A DNA stretch of 64,000 nt. Source: a bacterium (GTDB lineage: Bacteria > UBA8248). Positions 30,614 to 39,923 of this stretch are shown piece by piece (the stretch's first letter is position 1; each line of letters opens with the position of its first letter). The DNA is taken from assembly GCA_965213625.1 (NCBI GenBank), contig CBDBZU010000004.1, positions 4,032,001 through 4,096,000 on the forward strand, read 5' to 3'. The notes beneath the pieces were generated by a model that ran no database searches, was not told the origin of the DNA, and worked only from the letters and a program-made list of their open reading frames with translations. The position numbers and the translations under genes are program-made.

Positions 30614-30736
30614 ATTTCTCCTTCTTTCTCCACCGTGGTGGTGCATCATGGTCAAACGAAGCTAAAGATGTGAACAATTCCATTCTAGCGGATAGCCTCA
30701 TTGTTTTGCCAGCGACTCAGCGACTCATGAATATCC

Positions 30737-30801
30737 CCATGAACTTTCCGAATTCTGTATTTGTCCATCTCCATGAACCTTCCGATCTTCGTACTTGACC
30801 A
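30737..30801. promoter_or_regulatory. 34-bp-period imperfect direct repeat between the divergent TRAP and TAXI genes
   Basis: CCATGAACTTTCCGAATTCTGTATTTGTCCA / CCATGAACCTTCCGATCTTCGTACTTGACCA. Confidence 0.55.
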
Positions 30802-30936
30802 AACCACATGGTTTTGCTTTAGTATAGCCGCCTCGATAGACATTCAAGACTTGGCATTTTATTCATGAGTTTCGATTTAACTGATCGAAACAAACATTTG
30901 CTTGAGTAATTTTCACTATCCAAAAAGGAGATGCAA

Positions 30937-31911
30937 ATGAGAAAAGCAACCTTTCGGTTGATTACGCTGGCTGCTGGCCTTGCCCTGGTTATCAGCGCGG
31001 CCCCGGCGGCGGGTGCAGCCAAAATCCTTCTGGGAACCTCCCAGCCCGGCGGCGCCACTTTCGAGATTGGAACTGCGATGGGCAAAGTCATCACGGATAA
31101 CTCGGGCGGAAAAATTTCCGTAGATGCAGCCGTCACCGGTGGTTCCACCGCAAACGTCCGCATTCTTCAGAAGAAGAACAAAATGCAGCCTTTCCGCATG
31201 GGCATGGCCACGGCGCCTGCCGTCGCATGGGGGCAGACGGGCAGAAAACCCTTCAAAAAACCCCAGGACGTTCTGGCCCTCGGGGCTCTTTACCCGTTGA
31301 CGATTGTCTACACCACCTTCAAGACCACAGGCATCAAAAAGTGGTTTGACCTCACCGGCAAACGATTCGTCGTCGGCGGTCGTGGCGGCTCGATCTACAT
31401 CGTCACGCAAATTGCGCTCAAGCACAGCGGCATGTTCAAGAAAGTGAAACGCGAATTCTTCAACAACAACCAAAACTCGGCCGCCATCAAAGACCAACGG
31501 GTGGACGCGGGCTTTTTCTTCCTGAACGGTGGGGTTCCCGCACCTGTGTACATGGATCTCGCACGCACGCTCTCCGGCAAGCTCCATTTCTTCGGTCCGG
31601 ATGAAGCCACCATCAAAAAACTCGCCGATACCGAAGCGGGCATCGTGCGCGATGTCGTGCGCGCCGGCTCCATCCCCGGTTACGACAAGGACGTCGTAAG
31701 CTGGGGCCAGATGTGGTCTTTGATGACCAACAGCAAAATGAGCAACGACAACGCATATGCGATTGTCAAAGCCCTGTATGACAATCACAAGCAAATCACC
31801 AAATACCACCCGGCCGGAAAATTCATCACCAAGAAAACCGGCCTCCGCGGCCTGAAGAAACTCAAACTGCATCCGGGTGCGGCTCGCTACTGGAAAGAGG
31901 CGGGCATGTAA
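30937..31911 (+). CDS. TAXI-family TRAP solute-binding protein
   Basis: Signal peptide, GTSQPGG, TGGSTAN, VGGRGG, LHPGAARYWKE. Confidence 0.9.
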   Translation: MRKATFRLITLAAGLALVISAAPAAGAAKILLGTSQPGGATFEIGTAMGKVITDNSGGKISVDAAVTGGSTANVRILQKKNKMQPFRMGMATAPAVAWGQTGRKPFKKPQDVLALGALYPLTIVYTTFKTTGIKKWFDLTGKRFVVGGRGGSIYIVTQIALKHSGMFKKVKREFFNNNQNSAAIKDQRVDAGFFFLNGGVPAPVYMDLARTLSGKLHFFGPDEATIKKLADTEAGIVRDVVRAGSIPGYDKDVVSWGQMWSLMTNSKMSNDNAYAIVKALYDNHKQITKYHPAGKFITKKTGLRGLKKLKLHPGAARYWKEAGM

Positions 31912-31927
31912 GCATCACCGAAACTTT

Positions 31928-31957
31928 AAAAACCCCCTGCTTCGGCGGGGGGTTTTT
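31928..31957 (+). terminator. Rho-independent terminator
   Basis: AAAAACCCCCTGC-TTCG-GCGGGGGGTTTTT. Confidence 0.85.
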
Positions 31958-32046
31958 GTTGTCTCTTATACTCCTCGCCATCCATGAAAATGATGTTAAA
32001 ATCGAATCTCACCTACATACCAACGACTCATTTCTCGGGAGGAAAA

Positions 32047-32655
32047 ATGAGCACATCCGGTTTTGAAACCTTCCATCTCGTAAAGCCCGATGAGGCCGAA
32101 GGCGAAGTTTCGCAAATTTATGACGAGATATGCCGATTGAAAGACCCCCGCTGGCTGGGGCCTTTATTCGGGTTCTTCGCCCATGTGCCGGGTCTCTTGC
32201 GGGGATTCTGGGAACTACAAAAACGCCTCGAAGTGCTGGATGGCCACATATCGCGCGAGTTGACCAATCGCATCGCCATGGTTTGCGCGGTCGCCTCAGA
32301 CTGTCCTCGTTGCGTGAATTTCCATAAAACCGACCTCGTCCACCGCATGGAACTCGATGAGTATGAAGTGGAAAAACTCCATGACTTTGAAAATGCGGAT
32401 TTGCCCGAAGCGGAAAAAGCGGTTTTCCGCGTGGCCAGAAAACTCACACTCAACGAACAAATGAGCGACGAAGAATTCCAGGCTTTGCGCGAGCATGGCT
32501 TCAACGAGCCGGCAATCGTGGAGATCGTCTCCGTCGCCTTGCTGGAGGGTGGCTTTGCGCGTCACGCGAGCGTGCTTGCGCGATTTGAAGACGGGATGGA
32601 CTGGCCGGCGCAACATACCCCGTCCGCCGAATACAGAAGCGTCATCGACAGTTAG
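32047..32655 (+). CDS. AhpD/carboxymuconolactone decarboxylase-like protein
   Basis: EAEGEVSQIYDEI, SDCPRCVNFH (CxxC..H), LREHGFNEPAIVEIV. Confidence 0.78.
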   Translation: MSTSGFETFHLVKPDEAEGEVSQIYDEICRLKDPRWLGPLFGFFAHVPGLLRGFWELQKRLEVLDGHISRELTNRIAMVCAVASDCPRCVNFHKTDLVHRMELDEYEVEKLHDFENADLPEAEKAVFRVARKLTLNEQMSDEEFQALREHGFNEPAIVEIVSVALLEGGFARHASVLARFEDGMDWPAQHTPSAEYRSVIDS

Positions 32656-32688
32656 GGGTTCGTGCGCAGACAATATCCGAACAAAAGT

Positions 32689-32952
32689 TTATTTATCGCC
32701 TGGGCGTTCCTGGGGAAGGCTCATCCGTGAATGGATACTCTCGCTGGTCTTGCTTGCTCGCTTATTCTTTTCCAGAACCAAGGGCGTTTTGGGTAGCGTT
32801 TTCTTCGAAACACTGTACTGAGGGGTGTCGGCAGGGTAATTGTAAAGCGTGACGAGACACGCATCGGTTTCACCACTAGTTTCCTCAGCTGCTGCGCTGG
32901 ACATGCTCATCAGAAAGAAAACAACGATCCCCAACATTTTAATATAGCGCAT
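32689..32952 (-). CDS. Small hypothetical exported protein
   Basis: 87-aa ORF with signal-peptide-like N-terminus (SSAAAE). Confidence 0.35.
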   Translation of the reverse strand: MRYIKMLGIVVFFLMSMSSAAAEETSGETDACLVTLYNYPADTPQYSVSKKTLPKTPLVLEKNKRASKTSESIHSRMSLPQERPGDK

Positions 32953-33197
32953 TCAAAAAGCCCTCAAGAACTATAGCGTTAAGACACGCAAGTGAGAATT
33001 ATAGCATGTCATTGATGAAATGATTTGTCTCATTGAACATTTCCTGAAAATTTTCGTATTGATAAACAATCCCATCCCCGATAAGAATTTGGTTAGTACT
33101 AAAAAAACTGCAGCTTTACAAATTTGATGGGTGATGGTACGCATTCGTTCGCCCATTTATTTGGGAGCTATATTACCCTACTTGGAAGCGAGGTCCT

Positions 33198-35156
33198 GTG
33201 CCAGAATCCAAGAACTTGCTCAGAATGATGAAAATCGACAAAACCTTTCCGGGCGTTCATGCGCTCAAGGAAGTTGATTTCGATCTAGAAGAAGGCGAAA
33301 TCCACATACTATTGGGTGAGAACGGGGCCGGAAAATCCACACTCATCAAAATTTTGGCAGGCATGTATCACGCCGACTCAGGCCAAATCGAGATTAGCGA
33401 AACACCCACCAGTATCCCCGACGCTAGAACCGGGCGCGATTTGGGAATCAGCGTCATCTACCAGGAACTGAACCTGGTGCCTGATCTGAGCGTGGCCAAA
33501 AACATCTTCCTGGGTCGTGAACCGGTCGTGCCCGGCGTCATGAAGCGTGTGGATTGGGCTAGAGTAGAACAAGAATCTCGCGCGATCATGGAGCGCCTGG
33601 ACGTGAAAATCGACATCAACGCGCCGGTCCGCTCTCTAAGCGTTGCGGATCAGCAAATGGTGGAGATCGCCCGGGCTCTTGCGTTTGACTGCAAAATATT
33701 GGTGATGGATGAGCCCACATCTTCTCTGAGCGGGCATGAAATCGAGGAACTTTTCAAGGCCGTCAACCGGTTGCGAGAACACGGTGTCGGCATCATTTAC
33801 ATCTCCCACCGCCTTGAAGAAGTCCACGAGATTGGAGACCGCGTCACTGTCCTGCGCGACGGGGAATATATGGGCACGTGGGGAGTCAAAGAGGTGGAAC
33901 TCGATTTCCTGATCACGCAGATGGTGGGGCGCACGCTCGATGAGAAATTCCCCTGGACGCCCCGCGAACATGGGGAAGTGGCTCTCCGGGTACGTGGACT
34001 CACCCGAAACGGCGTATTCGAAGACATTAATTTTGACCTCCGCTATGGTGAAATCGTCGGTCTATCAGGTCTTGTAGGCGCCGGGAGAACAGAAGTGGCG
34101 CGAGCCGTCATGGGCGCGGATCCCGTTGATAGCGGCACCGTAGAGATGACCCGTGCGACAAAAGAGAAAGAAGAGATACAGGAACTACCCCACTATCCGC
34201 TTTGGATGGCCATCGTGGACGTGGTTGTCTTAATAATGGCTTTGCCCTTGTTCACCGTAATTTTCCAGGGAATTTACGATCCCGTCACGCTCAACATGAA
34301 CTCACCGCCACCGCTATTCAGTGGCAAGTGGTTTTATGAATGGATTATCGGCGGACCGTTATACAACATACCGAACGGCCCCACCCCCTATATCGTCGCC
34401 GCCGGGTTGGTCGTTATACGGCAAGCGGGTCTCTGGTTCATGGAGCGGCAGTATCATTGGCGCACCTTGGTCATCGACTTCGCAAGCTGGTACGCCCTCG
34501 CGATAGGCGCGATGGTCATTACGAGCCTGTTCACACAGAATTTCGTGCTCGAATGGGTCATGATCTGGGGTGGCGTCGCTATGGTTCTGATTCGATTCTT
34601 GACAATCCTCACCCATGAGCGCAAGTGGACTCCAACCTTGGCCATACGACGCGGGCTGGGTCTATTGCCCGAGGACAGGAAAACCCAGGGCCTTACCCAG
34701 GTTCTCTCGGTCGCCTTTAACACTACTAGCGCGAATCTCCGCCGCCTCATTAAACGGTGGCTGCTCAATTTGACCATGGAAAAAGATCTCGTAGATGAAC
34801 ACATCAATCAGCTAAAAATCATGACGCCGGATCAGGATACGCAAATACGCTTCCTGTCAGGCGGCAATCAGCAAAAAGTCGTTCTCGCCAAATGGCTCTT
34901 CAGACGTGCGAATGTACTCATTTTTGATGAGCCGACCCGCGGAATCGACATAGGCGCAAAATTTGAAGTTCACTCGCAAATGCTGCAACTTGCCAAAGAC
35001 GGCGCCGCGGTAATGATGATCTCGAGTGAACTGCCCGAGATTCTTGGAATGAGCGACCGCATTCTGGTGATGCGGGAAGGACAACTCACAGCAGATATCG
35101 GCAGAAACGAAGCAACGCAGGAAGGCATTCTGCGATACGCCATGACCGCGGATTGA
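33198..35156 (+). CDS. CUT2/RbsA-type ABC ATPase (two NBDs) with an inserted hydrophobic domain
   Basis: GENGAGKST, VMDEPT, YISHRL, GLVGAGRTE, LPEDRK, LSGGNQQK, FDEPTRGID; ~150-aa hydrophobic insert at ~34150-34630. Confidence 0.9.
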   Translation: MPESKNLLRMMKIDKTFPGVHALKEVDFDLEEGEIHILLGENGAGKSTLIKILAGMYHADSGQIEISETPTSIPDARTGRDLGISVIYQELNLVPDLSVAKNIFLGREPVVPGVMKRVDWARVEQESRAIMERLDVKIDINAPVRSLSVADQQMVEIARALAFDCKILVMDEPTSSLSGHEIEELFKAVNRLREHGVGIIYISHRLEEVHEIGDRVTVLRDGEYMGTWGVKEVELDFLITQMVGRTLDEKFPWTPREHGEVALRVRGLTRNGVFEDINFDLRYGEIVGLSGLVGAGRTEVARAVMGADPVDSGTVEMTRATKEKEEIQELPHYPLWMAIVDVVVLIMALPLFTVIFQGIYDPVTLNMNSPPPLFSGKWFYEWIIGGPLYNIPNGPTPYIVAAGLVVIRQAGLWFMERQYHWRTLVIDFASWYALAIGAMVITSLFTQNFVLEWVMIWGGVAMVLIRFLTILTHERKWTPTLAIRRGLGLLPEDRKTQGLTQVLSVAFNTTSANLRRLIKRWLLNLTMEKDLVDEHINQLKIMTPDQDTQIRFLSGGNQQKVVLAKWLFRRANVLIFDEPTRGIDIGAKFEVHSQMLQLAKDGAAVMMISSELPEILGMSDRILVMREGQLTADIGRNEATQEGILRYAMTAD

Positions 35157-35178
35157 TCCGCGTTCGGAGGTAGATTGA

Positions 35179-36192
35179 ATGAGCGCCGCAGCTTCAACGG
35201 GAAGTGAAAAACTCATTCTAGGTTATTCGGTCAAGGATATTCCCTGGGAGCGTTTGCTGCTCATATCCGCTTTCGTAGCCTTGATGATTTTCTATACTTT
35301 CGCAACCGAAAATTTCCTCACACTCGAAAACTTTGTGAATGTAGTGCGCCGTGACGCATGGCTCTTTTTTCTGGCTTACGCCCAAACATTGGTCATCATT
35401 TCGGCAGGGTTTGATCTTTCACAAGGCTCCATCATGAGTGTGGTTAGCGTGATGACCTGGAGCGCGATGCTGCACTTCGGGTTTTTCGTCGGCCTCATCG
35501 CCGGCCTCGGCATCGGTTTGCTGTGCGGCGTCATCAATGGGTTTTTCGTCGGAGTGGCGAGAGTGCAGCCGTTCATCGCGACGCTGGGGATGCTCTTCAT
35601 TGGCAGCGGCGCGGCCCAGCTTTGGACCGGCGGTCTTCAAATGGGGGGTGCGCGCGAGGGCGCAACCTTGCCCAAACACGTCGAAGATGCTTATGTCCTT
35701 TTGGCAAAAGGAAACCTGGGTCCCATCCCCTTCACCTTCATCTGGATACTCATCGCACTTGGCGCCATGTGGTATCTGCTCAAATACACCCGTTTTGGCA
35801 CTTATGTGTACGCCTTGGGCGGAAACGAACAAACAGCGATTTCCGCAGGGATCAATTTTCCCGCCATGAAGATCGCCATTTTCGGCATAGGTGGACTTTT
35901 GTGTGGTTTCGCGGGCCTTCTTCTTTCAGCAAGCGTCAGCGCGGCGGGCGAGCCGAGGCTGGGCGGTGGCGATCAACTGCTTCAATCGATCGGAGCGACC
36001 ATCATCGGCGGCACGCATATTTTTGGCGGGCGAGGCGGCGTATTGGGTACAACGCTGGGTGTTTTCCTGATCATATTCCTGGTGAACGGACTGAACATCA
36101 TGGGAATCGATACATACCGGCAACAGATAGTTGTCGGCTTGGTGATTCTCGCTTCAATCTGGGTGAGCACCCTGCGTGAGCAAAAAAACTAA
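35179..36192 (+). CDS. Sugar-type ABC transporter permease (RbsC-like)
   Basis: GFDLSQGS, QPFIATLG, YALGGNE, IIGGTHIFGGRG. Confidence 0.9.
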   Translation: MSAAASTGSEKLILGYSVKDIPWERLLLISAFVALMIFYTFATENFLTLENFVNVVRRDAWLFFLAYAQTLVIISAGFDLSQGSIMSVVSVMTWSAMLHFGFFVGLIAGLGIGLLCGVINGFFVGVARVQPFIATLGMLFIGSGAAQLWTGGLQMGGAREGATLPKHVEDAYVLLAKGNLGPIPFTFIWILIALGAMWYLLKYTRFGTYVYALGGNEQTAISAGINFPAMKIAIFGIGGLLCGFAGLLLSASVSAAGEPRLGGGDQLLQSIGATIIGGTHIFGGRGGVLGTTLGVFLIIFLVNGLNIMGIDTYRQQIVVGLVILASIWVSTLREQKN

Positions 36193-36207
36193 GGGAGATA
36201 ATAAATC

Positions 36208-37203
36208 ATGGCGAATGTAGCGGAGGCTCAGGTCAGACCTTCTGCCTCCTTATTGGCCAAGTTCAATTACGAGAAATATGGTTTGCTCGTCGTTTTCATC
36301 ATGATGATGCTCATATTTTACATTCTCCAGTTGATGGGCTACGTGAACAACTTTATCGAAGCCCATAACCTGACCAACCAACTCAGAAACGCTTCTCTGC
36401 TGTTCTTCATCGTCGCAGGACAAAGCATGGTGCTCCTGGTTTCAGGCATCGATTTGAGTCAGGGGTCCTTGCTCAGCCTCTCGAGCGTAGTGATGGCGCA
36501 AGGCATCTTGGACTTCGGCCTTGCCGTGGGCGTGTTGATGGGTATCGGAATGGCGACGATGTTCGGTTTTATCAACGGCTACCTCGTGGGCCGTGTAAAA
36601 ATCCAACCTTTTATCGTCACCTTGAGTATGCTTTTCATCTGCGCCGGCATTGCTTTGGTATTCACGGGCGGACGCACGATTCACCAATTCACGAGTGAGC
36701 AAAAAGATATTCTGCAAACCATCGGCCTCACGGATTTCTTTCATATTCCCGGCACGCTGTTCATCGCCATTTTCTTCTTCATCCTGCTCTATCTGCTAAC
36801 GAAACGTACGGTTCTCGGCCGGGCAATCTATTTGACAGGCGGGAACGAAGAGGCCGCGCGCCTCTCGGGCATAGATACCGGTAAGGTGAAACTCATTTGC
36901 TATTTGATAAGCGGCATCTGCGTAGGCATCACCTCGTTCCTTTACCTGGCGAGACTCCCGGCCACAAACGGCCTCGCTGGATTTCAGCTTGAATTCCAAT
37001 CATTGGCGGCCACCGTGGTGGGGGGCACGACGTTCCACGGCGGCGAGGGCGGCGTGACGCAAGCAGTGATCGGGACGCTGTTCCTGACATTCTTACTTAA
37101 TGGCCTAATTCTCCTGGGGGTGGGCACATTCGCCCGGGAGGTAGTGGTAGGCGTATTACTAATTACGGCCGTGGTTTTGAGTTCCCGCAAGCGGCGGGAA
37201 TAG
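36208..37203 (+). CDS. Sugar-type ABC transporter permease (RbsC-like)
   Basis: GIDLSQGS, QPFIVTL, GGNEEAARLSGI, VVGGTTFHGGEG. Confidence 0.9.
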   Translation: MANVAEAQVRPSASLLAKFNYEKYGLLVVFIMMMLIFYILQLMGYVNNFIEAHNLTNQLRNASLLFFIVAGQSMVLLVSGIDLSQGSLLSLSSVVMAQGILDFGLAVGVLMGIGMATMFGFINGYLVGRVKIQPFIVTLSMLFICAGIALVFTGGRTIHQFTSEQKDILQTIGLTDFFHIPGTLFIAIFFFILLYLLTKRTVLGRAIYLTGGNEEAARLSGIDTGKVKLICYLISGICVGITSFLYLARLPATNGLAGFQLEFQSLAATVVGGTTFHGGEGGVTQAVIGTLFLTFLLNGLILLGVGTFAREVVVGVLLITAVVLSSRKRRE

Positions 37204-37292
37204 AAAATATGTTCATTCAGCAGTCATTTTTCCCTTTCGCGGAGGAGAGCGCTTCCGTCCGTGAAACCCATTCTGCGAGGAGGAGATTCAAG

Positions 37293-38351
37293 ATGAAAAA
37301 ACTGTTCCGCACTTTCATGATTCTCGCTTCTGTCGTCACATTCTCGTTTGTGTCGATGGCGGCGGCACCGGACGCCGATGCCCGGGTGAAGGCGAAGAAG
37401 AAATACAAAATCGCCGTCGTCGTGCCAAACGGCGTCGACCCCTATTTCTTCTCGAAATGGTACGGCAGCGTCCAGGCGGCCAAAGACGCCGGCGTGACCG
37501 TGACCATGTTCGACGCGGGCGGCTACGAGTTCCTGCCCAAGCAGGTGGCCCACGTGGAGGACATCATCGCAGCGAAGTACGACGGAATGATCATCTGCCC
37601 CATCAGCACCAAGGGCATGGTGAACGCCGTACACAAGGCGATGGACAAGGGAATCAAGGTCGTCGTGGATAACATCGACCTCGACAGTGCTCGCGTGAAA
37701 AACCGCGTCATGAAAAACAGCTATGAACTGGGCCTTCTCATCGGCGCCACCATGGCCCACGCCATCAACTACCAGGGTAAAGTCATGATGCTGCCCGGAC
37801 CCAGCGGCATCGAGATGGTGACCTCCATGGCCAAAGGGTTTGAGGACTACCTGGGTCACTACCCGAAAATCAAGATTGTGGCCAAGGAATTCACCAAGTC
37901 CAACGTGCAGCATGCCTACCAGACGGCGGAGGACCTGCTCAAGAAGCACCCGGACGTCAAAGGCATTTACCCCTGGGCGACACTCATCGCCCGCGGCACG
38001 GTGGACGCCGTGAAAGCGGCCGGTTACAAGCCCGGCCAGATCAAGATCGTGACGCACAACCTCGTCGTCGGCATCGAGAAAGATATTCGTGACGGCTGGG
38101 TACATGCGGCTGTCTTGGCCGAGCAGATCGCCATGGCGAAAGAAGCCGTCTATAACGTGATCGACCTGATTGAAGGCCGGCAGCCCCCCGGCGCGCCTCA
38201 TCGCGGCGGCACGCTCAGCTACATCAAGAACTACATGGCCTACCAGCACAACCTCGACATTCTGGATCGAAGCGGCATCGAGGCGCCCAAAAACTGGATG
38301 ATCAAGCGCCAAAAGCGCGCGACGAACATCGTGGGCGGCAAACGCCGTTAA
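37293..38351 (+). CDS. Sugar-type ABC substrate-binding protein (Peripla_BP type 1)
   Basis: Signal peptide, IAVVVPNGVDPYF, DGMIICP, GIKVVV; RBS GAGGAGGAG. Confidence 0.88.
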   Translation: MKKLFRTFMILASVVTFSFVSMAAAPDADARVKAKKKYKIAVVVPNGVDPYFFSKWYGSVQAAKDAGVTVTMFDAGGYEFLPKQVAHVEDIIAAKYDGMIICPISTKGMVNAVHKAMDKGIKVVVDNIDLDSARVKNRVMKNSYELGLLIGATMAHAINYQGKVMMLPGPSGIEMVTSMAKGFEDYLGHYPKIKIVAKEFTKSNVQHAYQTAEDLLKKHPDVKGIYPWATLIARGTVDAVKAAGYKPGQIKIVTHNLVVGIEKDIRDGWVHAAVLAEQIAMAKEAVYNVIDLIEGRQPPGAPHRGGTLSYIKNYMAYQHNLDILDRSGIEAPKNWMIKRQKRATNIVGGKRR

Positions 38352-38361
38352 GCATTATCCC

Positions 38362-38407
38362 CACTGAAAACCCCCCGTCGGGTAAAACCGGCGGGGGGTT
38401 TTCAGTG
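38362..38407. terminator. Bidirectional intrinsic terminator between convergent genes
   Basis: CACTGAAAACCCCCCGTCGG...CCGGCGGGGGGTTTTCAGTG. Confidence 0.85.
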
Positions 38408-38423
38408 CACAGATGCGATGCGT

Positions 38424-39506
38424 CTACAAATCTTTTACATAGATGCTGAGCCCCATCCGCCCTGTTGACCCGCCAGGTTGTGGATCCGAAATCTTATCCG
38501 TCTGAATCACTCCTGCGCCATCCACGGCCCGCACCGTTACCGGAAAAAATCCGTTTCCCTTAAAGCGCATAGGAAAAGCCCAGATGCTCCAGGCGAGAGG
38601 CCCCAGAGGCTTTTTCAGCAATGCAGGCGCCCAGGGCCGCAAATGCCTCCCCTGCCCATAAGTCACTTCCACCTTGCGGATTCCCCGCTCGCCCGCGAAA
38701 GCCGAGCCCACGAGCCAGATTTCCGCCGCCCGGATCTCAACGCGCCTTCTGGGAGCCTCGAATCGGCTGAGCGTCTCGACAATCGCCTCATCCGACCAGC
38801 CGCGCCTTTGCCAGTAGCCGCCATGGCCCTTCACCGTAATCTCAATAGATTCAATCCACTTGACGTTCTTGAGGCCATAGGTTCCCGGCACGAGGAGCCT
38901 GAGCGGAGCGCCATGATCCCGCGGTAGATACTCCCCGTTCATCCGGGTGCAGAGGAGCGTTCTCGAATCCAGGGCCTGCTCCAGGGATATGGAATCATGG
39001 TATCCGTCCGCCGCACGAAAAATCACCCTGGCGGCGACCGAGCGGCGCACACTTTCCGGGGCGCCCGCGCGTTCGATGAGGCTTCTGAGCGGCACACCTT
39101 CCCACAGGGCGTTCCCAATCTGCCCGCCGCCCACCGGGTTCCCGATGCAGGTCATCGTCGCCCAGGTTTTCTCTCGGCGCAGCGCGCTAAAATCCGCGTA
39201 AGTAACAGAAATTGGATGTGTTACATCACCTTTGAAATTAAGCCGCCATTCCCGGCGGGAGAGATTGGGCGGTGAATGCCCGATGCTCTGCACGTAGAAT
39301 TTATCATTCGCCTTGACTTCGGGAACGACGCGCGCGGCGAAATCGAGAATGTCCTCTCCGGGCCTTGGCGTCTCGACGGGGCGGCTGTTCAACCAGTCGA
39401 ACAGGCGGCCCGTCATCGAGGCTTTCGCATCGCGCGGAATACCAATAATGGCCAGTGGGGCGATTCCCGCCATATTCTGCAGCATACGGCGTCTGGAAAT
39501 ACTCAT
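38424..39506 (-). CDS. Sulfite-oxidase-family molybdopterin oxidoreductase, Tat-exported
   Basis: SRRRML Tat motif, TMTCIGN (Mo-ligand Cys), MNGEYLPRDHGAPLRLLVPG.YG.KNVKW. Confidence 0.88.
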   Translation of the reverse strand: MSISRRRMLQNMAGIAPLAIIGIPRDAKASMTGRLFDWLNSRPVETPRPGEDILDFAARVVPEVKANDKFYVQSIGHSPPNLSRREWRLNFKGDVTHPISVTYADFSALRREKTWATMTCIGNPVGGGQIGNALWEGVPLRSLIERAGAPESVRRSVAARVIFRAADGYHDSISLEQALDSRTLLCTRMNGEYLPRDHGAPLRLLVPGTYGLKNVKWIESIEITVKGHGGYWQRRGWSDEAIVETLSRFEAPRRRVEIRAAEIWLVGSAFAGERGIRKVEVTYGQGRHLRPWAPALLKKPLGPLAWSIWAFPMRFKGNGFFPVTVRAVDGAGVIQTDKISDPQPGGSTGRMGLSIYVKDL

Positions 39507-39527
39507 GGCGCTCCTCAAGGAGAAAAC

Positions 39528-39705
39528 CGCCTCCGATTCTACGATAAATCCGCCGATTCACGAAATTTCCCCGCAACTCCCCGCCATTGCGCGCATTTGC
39601 CGTCATTGAGTGAGGCGAGGGCCATGGCAGAATTCCCCTGCGCCGCTTTTCGGCTGCGTCTTTTCCCAGGAATTTAATTTACCGATATTTATCGAAAGAC
39701 GCGTT
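39528..39705 (-). repeat. Inverted copy of the 25766-25956 repeat; contains the probable promoter of the molybdoenzyme gene
   Basis: Reverse complement contains GAATTCTGCCATGG, GCGGGGAGTTGCGGGG and TTCGTG-17 nt-TAGAAT. Confidence 0.85.
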
Positions 39706-39923
39706 CACGATTACGCCTCATGGTCAATGGTACGACTGCATGCGACCATGTATGATAAGTCCCTGTTATCAAGGCATTAATTACCATGTTCTATTTCTCG
39801 CTTCCTCTTGCGTTTACGTCAATATTACGCTTTAATAGACTCACGTTTGATGTCAGACGTATGCGATTTGATTACGGATCACCTGTACCCTCAGGTCTGT
39901 GACACGATTTCCAGGGAGCGCCC

